Source: a virus
Length of the DNA: 64,000 bases
IMG/VR virus record: IMGVR_UViG_3300035670_000026
Span: 32,001-96,000 of that record
Direction: 5' to 3' (one strand)
In this document: piece by piece, positions 1 to 9,447 of the stretch
How the letters are laid out: each line of letters opens with the position of its first letter
Position numbering within the stretch: position 1 is the first letter of the stretch
Program-made: the position numbers and the translations under genes
The notes under the pieces: model-generated
What the model was told of the DNA's origin: nothing
What the model saw: only the letters and a program-made list of their open reading frames with translations
The model's database searches: none

Positions 1-2
1 AA

Positions 3-1265
3 TTACGAGTTATTCAAACAGCAGGTGGTGTTAGTGGTACCGCTACTCGTAAAGCAATTAAAGATAATAATAAAGAACAATTCTTTCACCTCATTCCCGA
101 TATTCCTGAAAAAGAACAAGTTTGGGACATTGTGTCTCCTGTTATTAAAGAAGGTTTTATGGGAGATATAAAATCTAAATTTAATAAATTTATATCTGCT
201 ATTAAACAAGAAAACCAAGAAACTAAAGAGGTAGTTGGTTTATTGATTAAATCTGCTCAAGGTAAAATAGAATTAACAGATAAGGATAAAGAATATATAG
301 GCAACCAATTAAAAGATGTTTTAAAATTAATTGGTTTAACGGCAATTGCTACTTTGCCTGGTGGGTTTATTGCTGCTGCTTTAATTAAATTATTTAAGGC
401 CGAAGCATTAGTTACTCCATCTACTTTTGTAAATGAAGCAGATCCTAAAAAAGGAACAGGCAAAAAACCAAAAGGATCAGGCCGTAGATTATACACAGAT
501 GAAGACCCAAAAGATACAGTAGGTATTTCTTTTAAAACAAAAGAAGATATTGTTGATACTTTAAATAAAAAATCATTTAAAGCTAAATCACATGCTCGTC
601 AATCACAAATTATTAATTTAATACATCAACGAGTAAGAGCCGCTTATGGTAAAGCAAAAGATCCTGAGGTAAAAGCTCGTTTAAAAAGAGGATTAGATTA
701 TATTGAATCACGTAAAGAGGCATCTAAAGAAAAAACTCAACGTTTAAAAAATTTAAAAGAGATAGTAACAAATACAGAAGTTATTTGTGATAATTGTGGT
801 TGGAAATGGGATAAAGAAGATGGTGGAGATGATTTATATGTTTGTCATAAATGTGGACATGATAATACTCCAACTTCTTTAAAAGAAGGTTGGAATTTGC
901 AAGATGCTTTTGTATCTTTATCAAAATTCATGATGGTTAATGGGATGAATATCACCCCATTACCTAAAATTAAAACTATACCAGATGATAAAGAAAATGC
1001 ATCTAATCTTTTAGGTAAAACGGCTTATTATAATCCAACCGAAAAGTCTATTACTTTGTTTACAATGGATAGACACCCAAAAGATATATTGCGTTCATTT
1101 GCTCACGAAATGGTTCATCATGAACAAAATTTAGAAGGAAAATTAAATAATATTAACACAACCAATACAAACGAGAACGGAGATTTGCCTGAAGTTGAAA
1201 GTGAAGCATACGAAAAAGGAAATATAATGTTGCGCAATTGGGAAGATTCAATTAAAAATGTATAA
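3..1265 (+). CDS. 5'-truncated multi-module protein: end of a cytidylyltransferase-like domain, basic module, Zn ribbon, HExxH metallopeptidase-like domain
   Basis: Frame 3 is open from position 3 (LRVIQTAGGVSGTATRKAI, resembling the S-x-[ST]-x-x-R motif of HIGH nucleotidyltransferases) into ORF 132..1265. Also CDNCG..CHKCGH and HEMVHHEQ..E. Modules are separated by IKE/VNE/LKE. Confidence 0.6.
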   Translation, partial: LRVIQTAGGVSGTATRKAIKDNNKEQFFHLIPDIPEKEQVWDIVSPVIKEGFMGDIKSKFNKFISAIKQENQETKEVVGLLIKSAQGKIELTDKDKEYIGNQLKDVLKLIGLTAIATLPGGFIAAALIKLFKAEALVTPSTFVNEADPKKGTGKKPKGSGRRLYTDEDPKDTVGISFKTKEDIVDTLNKKSFKAKSHARQSQIINLIHQRVRAAYGKAKDPEVKARLKRGLDYIESRKEASKEKTQRLKNLKEIVTNTEVICDNCGWKWDKEDGGDDLYVCHKCGHDNTPTSLKEGWNLQDAFVSLSKFMMVNGMNITPLPKIKTIPDDKENASNLLGKTAYYNPTEKSITLFTMDRHPKDILRSFAHEMVHHEQNLEGKLNNINTTNTNENGDLPEVESEAYEKGNIMLRNWEDSIKNV

Positions 1266-1791
1266 ACTAACCGATTTATATAAACAACTTAAAGAGGAAA
1301 CAACTGAAGATCCTCAATCACAATATAAAATTTATTGTGATATGGACGGTGTTTTAACTGACTTTGATAAACGTTTTGAACAATTTGGAGGTATGCCTCC
1401 TCAACAATTTGAAAAAGAAAAAGGTAAAGAACAATTCTGGAACCTTATTGATAAGCAAATAGGTGTTAAATTCTGGGCAGGGATGCCTTGGATGTCTGAT
1501 GGTAAAGAGTTGTGGAATCATATTAAACAATATAACCCAACTTTATTATCTGCTCCTTCACGTGAAAATGAATCGCGTTTAGGTAAACGTGTTTGGGTTA
1601 AAAATAACATTCCGGGTACTCCTTTAATTTTAGCAGCAGCTGAAAAAAAGAAAAATTATGCTCGAAAAAATGCAATACTTATTGACGACAGAGTATCCAA
1701 TATTAACGACTGGAATACAGCCGGAGGTATTGGAATTCTTCATACATCAACAACATCAACATTAGAAAAATTAGCAAAATATGGCCTTTAG
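1258..1791 (+). CDS. HAD-family 5'(3')-deoxyribonucleotidase-like protein with N-terminal leader
   Basis: IYCDMDGVLTDF, ILIDDR, GGIGILH motifs; leader MYKLTDLYKQLKEE. Confidence 0.8.
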   Translation: MYKLTDLYKQLKEETTEDPQSQYKIYCDMDGVLTDFDKRFEQFGGMPPQQFEKEKGKEQFWNLIDKQIGVKFWAGMPWMSDGKELWNHIKQYNPTLLSAPSRENESRLGKRVWVKNNIPGTPLILAAAEKKKNYARKNAILIDDRVSNINDWNTAGGIGILHTSTTSTLEKLAKYGL

Positions 1792-2104
1792 AAGAGTAGT
1801 AATTAGCGGAGAAAAAGTACAAGATACAAAAACAGATCTTGAAAACTTCCTTTCAAATAAAATATTCAAAACCAATTATCCAGGTATGAAAACTAAACTT
1901 ATAGTTTCACCAGTTAAAAATGATACTATTGTAATTGATTTGAATGGTGACGGTGCTGATACAGTAGCTAAAAAAGTTAAAGATATTGGACAAAAATATA
2001 AAATGAAAGCTGTTATCAAGCTTGAAAAACCAATGTCTGCTGTTAAAGAAGTTAAAGTTACAAAAACAAAATTAATTGAAATTATTAAAAATTTCAACAA
2101 ATAA
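1781..2104 (+). CDS. hypothetical protein
   Basis: ORF overlapping neighbours, AT-rich codon usage. Confidence 0.7.
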   Translation: MAFRRVVISGEKVQDTKTDLENFLSNKIFKTNYPGMKTKLIVSPVKNDTIVIDLNGDGADTVAKKVKDIGQKYKMKAVIKLEKPMSAVKEVKVTKTKLIEIIKNFNK

Positions 2105-2676
2105 TGAATAACAATTCAGTTTTAAAAAAAGAGTTCAAACATAGAGATGTAGAACGTCTCCGTAATCTTGTCACGGGCAAGTACGGAGAAAAAACTACTA
2201 TGGGAACTGGTTATACAAAAGCAAAAGAATTTCACGATGAAGGCGATATTTGGGAAGAAGATGGTCGCACATGGACAATTAAAAATGGCGTAAAACAAAA
2301 TATTACAAAATTGGATAAGGCAAAAGAAGGTATTGTTTTACCTATTTTTTGTCCTTCTTGTTCTCGTACTATGAAACCTCATTTAGATAAAAGATGGTTT
2401 GTAATGTATGGACATTGCTTTGATTGTCAAGTAGATTTTGAACACGATCTTAGAAAACAAGGTAAACTTCAAGAATTTGAAAAACAAGTAACTAACCAAC
2501 ACTTAGAAGGAATGACTAAAGACTTTGAAGTTTGGTTTGATGAATTAATAAACGAAAAAAACCAATTTATCACTGAAAATGGTGATGTTGAAAAGTGGGA
2601 TGGTTCTGGGAAGGAACAGTTATTGAAATATAAACAAGAAGCACTAGAATATCTTAAAACACAGATTAAAGAATAA
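2104..2676 (+). CDS. hypothetical Zn-finger protein
   Basis: CPSC...HCFDC; TAATG coupling at both ends. Confidence 0.7.
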   Translation: MNNNSVLKKEFKHRDVERLRNLVTGKYGEKTTMGTGYTKAKEFHDEGDIWEEDGRTWTIKNGVKQNITKLDKAKEGIVLPIFCPSCSRTMKPHLDKRWFVMYGHCFDCQVDFEHDLRKQGKLQEFEKQVTNQHLEGMTKDFEVWFDELINEKNQFITENGDVEKWDGSGKEQLLKYKQEALEYLKTQIKE

Positions 2677-3299
2677 TGGAAACTACTTTAATGATGGCCA
2701 CAACTATTATCGTTGCCCTAATTACAGCTGTAATTGGTCCCGCAGTATTAGAATGGGTTAGAGCAAAACTGAAAAAAACAGAAATTGAAGATAAAAAATC
2801 CCCAATAGATGAAGCCATTCATTTAAATACTCTAGTTGATGAACAATTAGATATTATAATAGAAGAACTAGGAGCTGATAGAGTGTGGGTAGCCCAATTT
2901 CATAATGGAGGACATTTTTATCCCACAGGCAAATCCATCCAGAAATTTTCTATATTTTATGAAAAAGTAGCTCCTGGGGCTGTTACTATCCAACATACAT
3001 TTCAAAATGTCCCTTGTTCATTATTCCCAAAAGCATTAGCTCAACTTTATAAAGAAGGTGAATTATCAATTCCAACATACGAGGAAGAAGATTACGATTT
3101 AACAGGCGTTTCATCACCATATGGTACTAAATCGTTTTATATGATTGCATTAGATGATTTACGTGACCATTTTATTGGTGTATTATCTATCGCTTATAAC
3201 AGAGAACATAAATTATCCAAAGAAGAATGGATATTTATACGACAGAAAGCAGGCGTTATTGGCACTTTGCTTGACGAGTACTTAAATAATAAAAAATGA
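2676..3299 (+). CDS. single-TM protein with GAF-like domain (possible T4 gpT-type holin)
   Basis: N-terminal hydrophobic helix TTIIVALITAVIGPAVL; ADRVWVAQFHNGG and IGVLSIAY GAF-like strands. Confidence 0.5.
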   Translation: METTLMMATTIIVALITAVIGPAVLEWVRAKLKKTEIEDKKSPIDEAIHLNTLVDEQLDIIIEELGADRVWVAQFHNGGHFYPTGKSIQKFSIFYEKVAPGAVTIQHTFQNVPCSLFPKALAQLYKEGELSIPTYEEEDYDLTGVSSPYGTKSFYMIALDDLRDHFIGVLSIAYNREHKLSKEEWIFIRQKAGVIGTLLDEYLNNKK

Positions 3300-3514
3300 A
3301 ATTTAGATTAGGACCTTTAGAAAATGCTAGAACCTTTTATTCACCAAAAGGTAATACAACTGTAGTTAGGGACACGGTTGTAAATCAAACTCCACCCCCC
3401 CAACCCGAAACTTTACCCGAACCAGAAATTGAGGTTGTAATGAGTGGTGAACCAACATTAGAAATCTTAGCAGAAGAAACTCCTGCTCCTAAAAATATAA
3501 AATCTAAAAAATGA
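3296..3514 (+). CDS. hypothetical Pro/Glu-rich protein
   Basis: ORF with ATGA overlaps; ATATTTATA at 3231 upstream. Confidence 0.55.
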   Translation: MKFRLGPLENARTFYSPKGNTTVVRDTVVNQTPPPQPETLPEPEIEVVMSGEPTLEILAEETPAPKNIKSKK

Positions 3515-4866
3515 AAGACTTAAAGAAAATACAAGAATTTTTCTCTAATCCTTTAGAAGAAGAAAAATCATTCACAGACTATTCAAATAATGAGCTTTTA
3601 GCATACTATAAAAATACTAAAGATCCTAAAGCAAAGGGAGAATTAAATAAACGTGCTGAAAAAATTAAAGCTTTAACTAGAACAGATGTTAATGAAGCTG
3701 GGACAGGTGTTGATATGGCTAAAAAGCAATTAGATGCTTTAGGTGTTAAATATGAAATGTCAAAAACTGATAAAGTTAGACCATTCAAAGTAATTCACAA
3801 ACCAGTTAATAAATCAGATGAATTTTATGATAAATTTGAAGATATTGTTGATTTATTTAACTTAAAAGGTGTTGTAAAATCAGAAGCAGGATATGATTAT
3901 TCTTCATTTAAAGAATCAGTAAACGAACAAGCTGATCATGTATCTCCAATGGTGGTGAAAGCTTACAAAGAATACCTCCAAGCTAAAAAAGATGGGGATG
4001 GAGAAAAAGCATATCGCTACTATTCTAAAAAACTAAATAACACATACTCTACCAGAGCAGATAGAGATGCTATTGAAGCTATCTTAAAAAAGAAATATGG
4101 TAGTGCTTTTGACATTAAAGAATCAGTAAACGAACAAGAAGAAGATGCCGTTGATACAATTACAATGGATATTCCTTTATTCCTTCGTATGTTAGAATAT
4201 GCTAGAGAAGATGCTCAAAAAGACCTAGATTTACATGATGTTACCGAAAAAGCAAATAAATTAGGTAAAGAAAGAGGTATCTTATCTATGGAAGATTATG
4301 AAGAAATTGTAGGTGCTGCTGAAGAAATTGATGAAGCAGAATTAACCGAAGCTTATGTTCCTTCAAACATTAAAGACTTTGCTAAAAGAAAAGGTGTATC
4401 TTCTTTAGTTAATAAAGTAGCTGGTTGGGCTGAAAAAGTAGGTAAAAGAATTACTGGTGGAACTGCCATTGGATATAATTATTCCACTCTTATTTTAGAT
4501 ATGGAATACCAAGGTTCAGAAATTCGTATTAATACAGATAATGATACAATTGAGTTGTATGGTGAACCTGTTAGAAGTTTTAATGATTTTCAACGTGTAT
4601 ATATTGATGGGCAAGATGATAATATAGAAGAAAATGTTGCTCCTAATCACGATGGAAAAGCAGCACCTTATGGTTCTGGATACAAACCTTTAGAAGAAAA
4701 AATTGCTAAAGCATTAGACCAAATTAACGAAGAATTATGTCCCGCTGGTAAAGCATACATTAAAAGAAGATTAGCTGCTGGTGAAAAATCATCTGCTTAT
4801 CTTTCAGGCCGTGCCGTTAAAGTATGTAAAGGACAAATGTCTGGTACCTCTAAAAAGAAAAAATAA
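3511..4866 (+). CDS. modular putative internal head protein
   Basis: Leader MKDLKKIQEFFSNPLEE; modules bounded by VNE/IDE/LTE/IEE/INE; C-terminal basic module CPAGKAY..SAYLSG. Confidence 0.65.
   Translation: MKDLKKIQEFFSNPLEEEKSFTDYSNNELLAYYKNTKDPKAKGELNKRAEKIKALTRTDVNEAGTGVDMAKKQLDALGVKYEMSKTDKVRPFKVIHKPVNKSDEFYDKFEDIVDLFNLKGVVKSEAGYDYSSFKESVNEQADHVSPMVVKAYKEYLQAKKDGDGEKAYRYYSKKLNNTYSTRADRDAIEAILKKKYGSAFDIKESVNEQEEDAVDTITMDIPLFLRMLEYAREDAQKDLDLHDVTEKANKLGKERGILSMEDYEEIVGAAEEIDEAELTEAYVPSNIKDFAKRKGVSSLVNKVAGWAEKVGKRITGGTAIGYNYSTLILDMEYQGSEIRINTDNDTIELYGEPVRSFNDFQRVYIDGQDDNIEENVAPNHDGKAAPYGSGYKPLEEKIAKALDQINEELCPAGKAYIKRRLAAGEKSSAYLSGRAVKVCKGQMSGTSKKKK
3908..4138 (+). repeat. 24-bp perfect direct repeat TTAAAGAATCAGTAAACGAACAAG (3908-3931 and 4115-4138)
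   Basis: Identical copies 207 bp (69 codons) apart, each encoding KESVNEQ. Confidence 0.9.
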
Positions 4867-5156
4867 TGGACATTAATAGACTACAAGAAATAATTTCCGA
4901 ATCTTTACGTGACTGGTTTAAAAAAGAAGACTGGGTGCGCATTGATACTCAAGGTAATATTACTGGTCCTTGTGGTACTATGAAAAAAGGTGATGCTACA
5001 ACTCGTTGTTTGCCTCGTAAAAAAGCTCAATCATTATCTAAAGCTGAAAGAGCTAAAACTGCTCGTAAAAAAGCCGCTGGTTCTCGTAAAGGAAAACAAT
5101 TTGTAAAAAACACAAAAAAAGCAGAATACAAAAAAGGTACATACCAGAAAAAATAA
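4866..5156 (+). CDS. small basic protein
   Basis: IISE^SLRDWFKKEDWV..GPCG..RCLP; Lys-rich. Confidence 0.7.
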   Translation: MDINRLQEIISESLRDWFKKEDWVRIDTQGNITGPCGTMKKGDATTRCLPRKKAQSLSKAERAKTARKKAAGSRKGKQFVKNTKKAEYKKGTYQKK

Positions 5157-5157
5157 C

Positions 5158-5166
5158 ATATTTATA
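5158..5166 (+). promoter_or_regulatory. putative late promoter ATATTTATA
   Basis: Recurrent intergenic motif, 16 exact intergenic copies in the window. Confidence 0.7.
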
Positions 5167-5182
5167 ACATATACTTAATAAA

Positions 5183-7447
5183 ATGGCAAAATTTGACTTT
5201 AAAAAAGCAATCCTAGAAAATAAAGCTACCTTTTTTGGTTCATTAAACGAAGGTCAATTTTCTTGGTTTACTCAAGATACAGATCAACAAATTGGATCAG
5301 AACCAGAAAATACTCTTCCTTTTGTTTACATGCACGATAATAAAGGCAATAAATGGTTAGAAAAAAATTATGATGGATATGGTGAATTTGGTGGTAAAGA
5401 TTACTATGAATTACTAGACCAAATGAATGGTGGTGATGGTGATAGAAGTAGAGGTATTGATTTAGCTTTTGATAAAGAAGCTGTTGCTACTGGTAAAATA
5501 TTATTTCCAGCACTAACTGTTAGTGCAACATTACCTTCATACCATAGTTTTAATGAAGAACCAAAAAATGACCCAAACCAATCTTGGTATACTCCTGAAG
5601 AGGATGATTTTTATGATCAAAATGATGAAGAGGAATATGGATATGATGAGGATTATGACGAAGAAGAATTAGATGAAGCAGAATTGCCTGTTTTAACTGC
5701 TGATCAAGTTAAAATGATTGCTCAACAAGTAGCAGATAAATTTTCTGCAACAGATGATTTAGATATTAAATTTTTAACCACCCCAGGTTCAGTTGAAGCT
5801 GACCCTAAAGGAGCAGGATTTGATCTTGATACAATTGCAGGACCAAACACCCCCGGTGACGATTGGAAAGATGAAAATGGATTTACTATTGACAATTATT
5901 TAGGTAAATACGCTGGTGGTTCTTATTATATTAAACCTGAAGGCGGTAAACATAAGATTTATAACGCCGCAGCACAGAATGCTTATATTGGACACGTTAC
6001 TCCTCAAGGTGAGGTAGTATTTGAAATTCCTGGTTTCGAAGGAACTATAGATCAATTAAACTTTCTTGAAGAAGAAAAACCAAAAACAAAAATGAAAAAA
6101 TCAGAATTAAAAGAACTTATTAAGTCATCTATCATGAACGAAGTGTATCTTGATATTGACAACATGGAAGATGCTCCTGAATCAGAAGTTGATTTCTTAG
6201 CAGAAGTTGATGCTATTTTAGCTGAAGCTGATAAAGTAAAAGAAGGTGTATGGTCAGTAGTACCCGCTCGTATCCCTGAATTTATTAAGGCCATTGAAAA
6301 TATCAAAGAAGAATACCACGGTATTGTAGGTAGTGATGATGTATACAATGGGTTAGATGCTGCCATTTCAGCTGCAGAAGAATTATTAATGAATACTGCA
6401 GAAATTAACGAAGCAGACGAAGAAGTAGCAGTAGATGATACTGAAGTAGCAGTTGATGGTGAAGAAAATATTAATGTTGATACAACAATAGAAGTTGATC
6501 CTAATGTAAAAGCAGTTCAAGATTCATTAACACAAGCTCAAGCAGCTGCTCAAAAATTAGGTGATCCTAAATTAACAGATCAAATCGGTAATACAATTAC
6601 ATTCTTTACTCGTGCACACGTTGTAGATAAAGGTGCTGTAGCTGAAGAATTAAATGAAGTAAAATCACTCTTATTTTCGTTTGATTACAATACAGATGAA
6701 GATGATGTGGACTACATCCAAGGTTTATTAAAAGATGCTAGAGTTAATGCGATTGCGCAACCTGGTCTTGAATCAGGCGAAATGATAGTTAAAGCAAAAA
6801 ATGAAGTTGAATTGCGTAAAGCTAAAAAAGTAATCCAAGCAAATGGATTTAAAATCTATAAATCAGTAGAGGAAGGTAAAGAAATGGTAAATGAAGATTT
6901 AGCATCAGCTCTTACAGCGCTTATAATTTCTATAATAGCCATCCCAGCTTTACCAATAACTGGAGCATTATTAATGGGATTAATTGACTATCTATTTAAT
7001 GACTTACCTGATCAAAGAGCTGAAGCAAAATCATTAAGATCATACAAGGGACCTGATAAGCAAGAAAAAGTTTTAGCTTTAGCTAAAGAAATTGAAGCTA
7101 AATTATCCCCAGGTAAAAAGAGATACTTAAAAACATTAGTTAATCGTATTGGTGCTTCTAAACTTGAAGACAAAGCTAGAGAATACCGCGAATTAGATAG
7201 ATATGCTTCATCCGAAAAATCTCGAATGGATCGTGGATTAAATGAAAATCTAAAAACTGATATTGAATCTGCTCTAGAAGATCTTCCTATTCCAACCAAT
7301 ATGGAAGAAGATAAAAAAGAATATTACAAAGATGCTGAATCAGATGATGCGGCACATATTAACGCATTAGAAAAAGACATGAAAGATGATAAAAAATCAT
7401 CAATGAATGAAGTTATGTTTCCAATGTTAAAAAGAATTTTAAAATAA
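5183..7447 (+). CDS. large acidic modular putative internal head protein
   Basis: Leader MAKFDFKKAILE; internal MKKSELKELIK at 6092; more than 10 [ILVM]xE sites. Confidence 0.65.
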   Translation: MAKFDFKKAILENKATFFGSLNEGQFSWFTQDTDQQIGSEPENTLPFVYMHDNKGNKWLEKNYDGYGEFGGKDYYELLDQMNGGDGDRSRGIDLAFDKEAVATGKILFPALTVSATLPSYHSFNEEPKNDPNQSWYTPEEDDFYDQNDEEEYGYDEDYDEEELDEAELPVLTADQVKMIAQQVADKFSATDDLDIKFLTTPGSVEADPKGAGFDLDTIAGPNTPGDDWKDENGFTIDNYLGKYAGGSYYIKPEGGKHKIYNAAAQNAYIGHVTPQGEVVFEIPGFEGTIDQLNFLEEEKPKTKMKKSELKELIKSSIMNEVYLDIDNMEDAPESEVDFLAEVDAILAEADKVKEGVWSVVPARIPEFIKAIENIKEEYHGIVGSDDVYNGLDAAISAAEELLMNTAEINEADEEVAVDDTEVAVDGEENINVDTTIEVDPNVKAVQDSLTQAQAAAQKLGDPKLTDQIGNTITFFTRAHVVDKGAVAEELNEVKSLLFSFDYNTDEDDVDYIQGLLKDARVNAIAQPGLESGEMIVKAKNEVELRKAKKVIQANGFKIYKSVEEGKEMVNEDLASALTALIISIIAIPALPITGALLMGLIDYLFNDLPDQRAEAKSLRSYKGPDKQEKVLALAKEIEAKLSPGKKRYLKTLVNRIGASKLEDKAREYRELDRYASSEKSRMDRGLNENLKTDIESALEDLPIPTNMEEDKKEYYKDAESDDAAHINALEKDMKDDKKSSMNEVMFPMLKRILK

Positions 7448-7453
7448 AAGTAT

Positions 7454-7624
7454 ATGAACACACAAGAAATTTTCGAAAAAATTGAAGCTTTATATGAATT
7501 ATTCAAAGCAGAACATGCTGGAAAATCAAAAGCCGCTCATGGTCGCGCTCGCAAAGCATTAGGTGAAATCAAAAAATTGGTAGCCGAATACAGAAAAGCG
7601 TCAATCGATGAAGATAAAAAGTAA
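7454..7624 (+). CDS. histone H1-like Hc1 family protein (not in the ORF track)
   Basis: Hand translation: MNTQEIFEKIEALYELFKAEHAGKSKAAHGRARKALGEIKKLVAEYRKASIDEDKK; the KAA-x-RARKA...RK-x-S signature matches Hc1. Confidence 0.75.
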   Translation: MNTQEIFEKIEALYELFKAEHAGKSKAAHGRARKALGEIKKLVAEYRKASIDEDKK

Positions 7625-8966
7625 TTTAACTGAAAAGAAGCTTACTAAAGCTGAATTAGAGGCAAGAGAAAAAGTAATTAAAGACTTAAAAAAAAATAAG
7701 TCTGCTCTTGTTAAACGCTACGGCAAAGATGCTGAAGCAGTTATGTATGGACGTGCAACAAATATAGCTAAAAAAATGGCAGAATCAGAAAATAAAAATC
7801 GCATTAAAGAGCTTGTTAAAAAATCTCTTATGCAGGAAGCCGACATCGAAGTAGATGCCGATAGATATGAAGGTGAACAAGAACTAAGTCAAGCATCTGC
7901 TATGTTGGATGATTTAGAAACCAAATTAAACAACCATGATTGGTTTTATATGATGGCTGATGACAATAGAGCTTACACTTCTGGTTCAGCTAAAGAAAGA
8001 GAAATTCGTGATTTAATTTCTAAACTAGAATCTATGGGTTATGGAAAAGAAGCAAAAGATATGTACAATGAAAAAGAACCATATTCAAAAGCTTTTGGTC
8101 GTGATTCTAAATTAAAAGAAGCTAAAGGTAAAGATATGGATAAAGATGGCGATATCGATTCAGACGATTACTTAGCTGCCCGCGATGCTGCTATTAAAAA
8201 GGCAAAAGGCGAAATAAAAGAAGATTGGGGTAGTTCAGATCAATCTATTATGAACCAAGGAATTCATAAAGATTTAGGTAATCCTACAGAATTTCCTTCT
8301 CCATTTGATCCTAAATTTGAATCAGCAGTTGAATCAGCTGTAGATTTTTATTGGGATGAATGGCCTGAATATAGAACAGATAGAGATGGTCTTATAAATC
8401 ATGCTAAAAAACTTTACTACAGAGCTTATTTTCCTGAAAAATTTGAAGGATTTATGAAAATGTTTGGTGAAAGTTTAAATGAAGATATCGATTTAGGTCA
8501 CCAAGATAATGAACCACATATGATTAAAGGCGAATTATACCATATAGGTAAATACGCTATGAAGTTATATGCTATTATGGAAGAATTAGAAGAAGCAGGT
8601 GGTGAATATGACCTTCCAGCTTGGTGGCAGTCAAAAATTACTACTGCTAAAAATATGATGTCAAGTGCTAAACATTATCTTGATTTCGAATTAAAAGAAC
8701 CAGCAATTGATGCAGCCGTTGATGCTTTAACAGGTGAAGAACCTCATATGGGTGAACCAATGATGGAAGCAGAAATTAGTGCTGAAGAAAAATTAGCAGG
8801 TAAAATTGCTAAAGCACTTAAGGATATAGCTAATAAAGATGCTTCTGATCAAAGTAACCTTAAACAAGCTAGAACAGCTTTAAATAAAGGTAATATTGAA
8901 GCTGCTAAAAAAATTGCAAAACCTTATATAGCTGAAAAATTAGCTAAGCAATTAAAATCTAAATAA
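7608..8966 (+). CDS. modular putative internal head protein with EF-hand-like loop
   Basis: DMDKDGDIDSDD loop; modules bounded by LTE, MAE, MQE, LKE, IKE, LNE. Confidence 0.65.
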   Translation: MKIKSNLTEKKLTKAELEAREKVIKDLKKNKSALVKRYGKDAEAVMYGRATNIAKKMAESENKNRIKELVKKSLMQEADIEVDADRYEGEQELSQASAMLDDLETKLNNHDWFYMMADDNRAYTSGSAKEREIRDLISKLESMGYGKEAKDMYNEKEPYSKAFGRDSKLKEAKGKDMDKDGDIDSDDYLAARDAAIKKAKGEIKEDWGSSDQSIMNQGIHKDLGNPTEFPSPFDPKFESAVESAVDFYWDEWPEYRTDRDGLINHAKKLYYRAYFPEKFEGFMKMFGESLNEDIDLGHQDNEPHMIKGELYHIGKYAMKLYAIMEELEEAGGEYDLPAWWQSKITTAKNMMSSAKHYLDFELKEPAIDAAVDALTGEEPHMGEPMMEAEISAEEKLAGKIAKALKDIANKDASDQSNLKQARTALNKGNIEAAKKIAKPYIAEKLAKQLKSK

Positions 8967-9445
8967 TGAAAAAAAGCGAATTAAGAGATAAAATTAAAAT
9001 GCTTGTACAAAAAACGTACAAAGCTAAGACCATTGATTTAGATAAAGGTGGTGAAGTTACTCTTGACGCTGAAAAATTTCCTGTTTTAACAAAATTTCCT
9101 AAACTAAAAAAAGTAATCGTAGATCTATTAACAGATCAATACGAAGTTTTTATGACCAATATTGAGTGGGTAGCACCACGACCAACAACTTTCCGAATTA
9201 TACTTGGTAACGATGAAAACTTTTTGTTGATTTATACCGATAGAAGCTGGATTGCTCAGGTTGAAGGTAAAAAGTATTATTTGTTAAACCTCGGCGAAGA
9301 AGAGCAAGCAGCCGAATCTATTTCAAGATTATTAGCATATGGCCAAAAAACAGAAACCAGCACCGAAACCAGCTCAGAAGCCGGTTCCGAAGAAACAGGG
9401 CAAGAAGAAGTAACAGCTTCCTCTGAAGAAGAAACTACAACTTAA
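8966..9445 (+). CDS. hypothetical protein with MKKSEL leader
   Basis: MKKSELRDKIK leader, acidic Ser/Thr tail. Confidence 0.7.
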   Translation: MKKSELRDKIKMLVQKTYKAKTIDLDKGGEVTLDAEKFPVLTKFPKLKKVIVDLLTDQYEVFMTNIEWVAPRPTTFRIILGNDENFLLIYTDRSWIAQVEGKKYYLLNLGEEEQAAESISRLLAYGQKTETSTETSSEAGSEETGQEEVTASSEEETTT

Positions 9446-9447
9446 TT

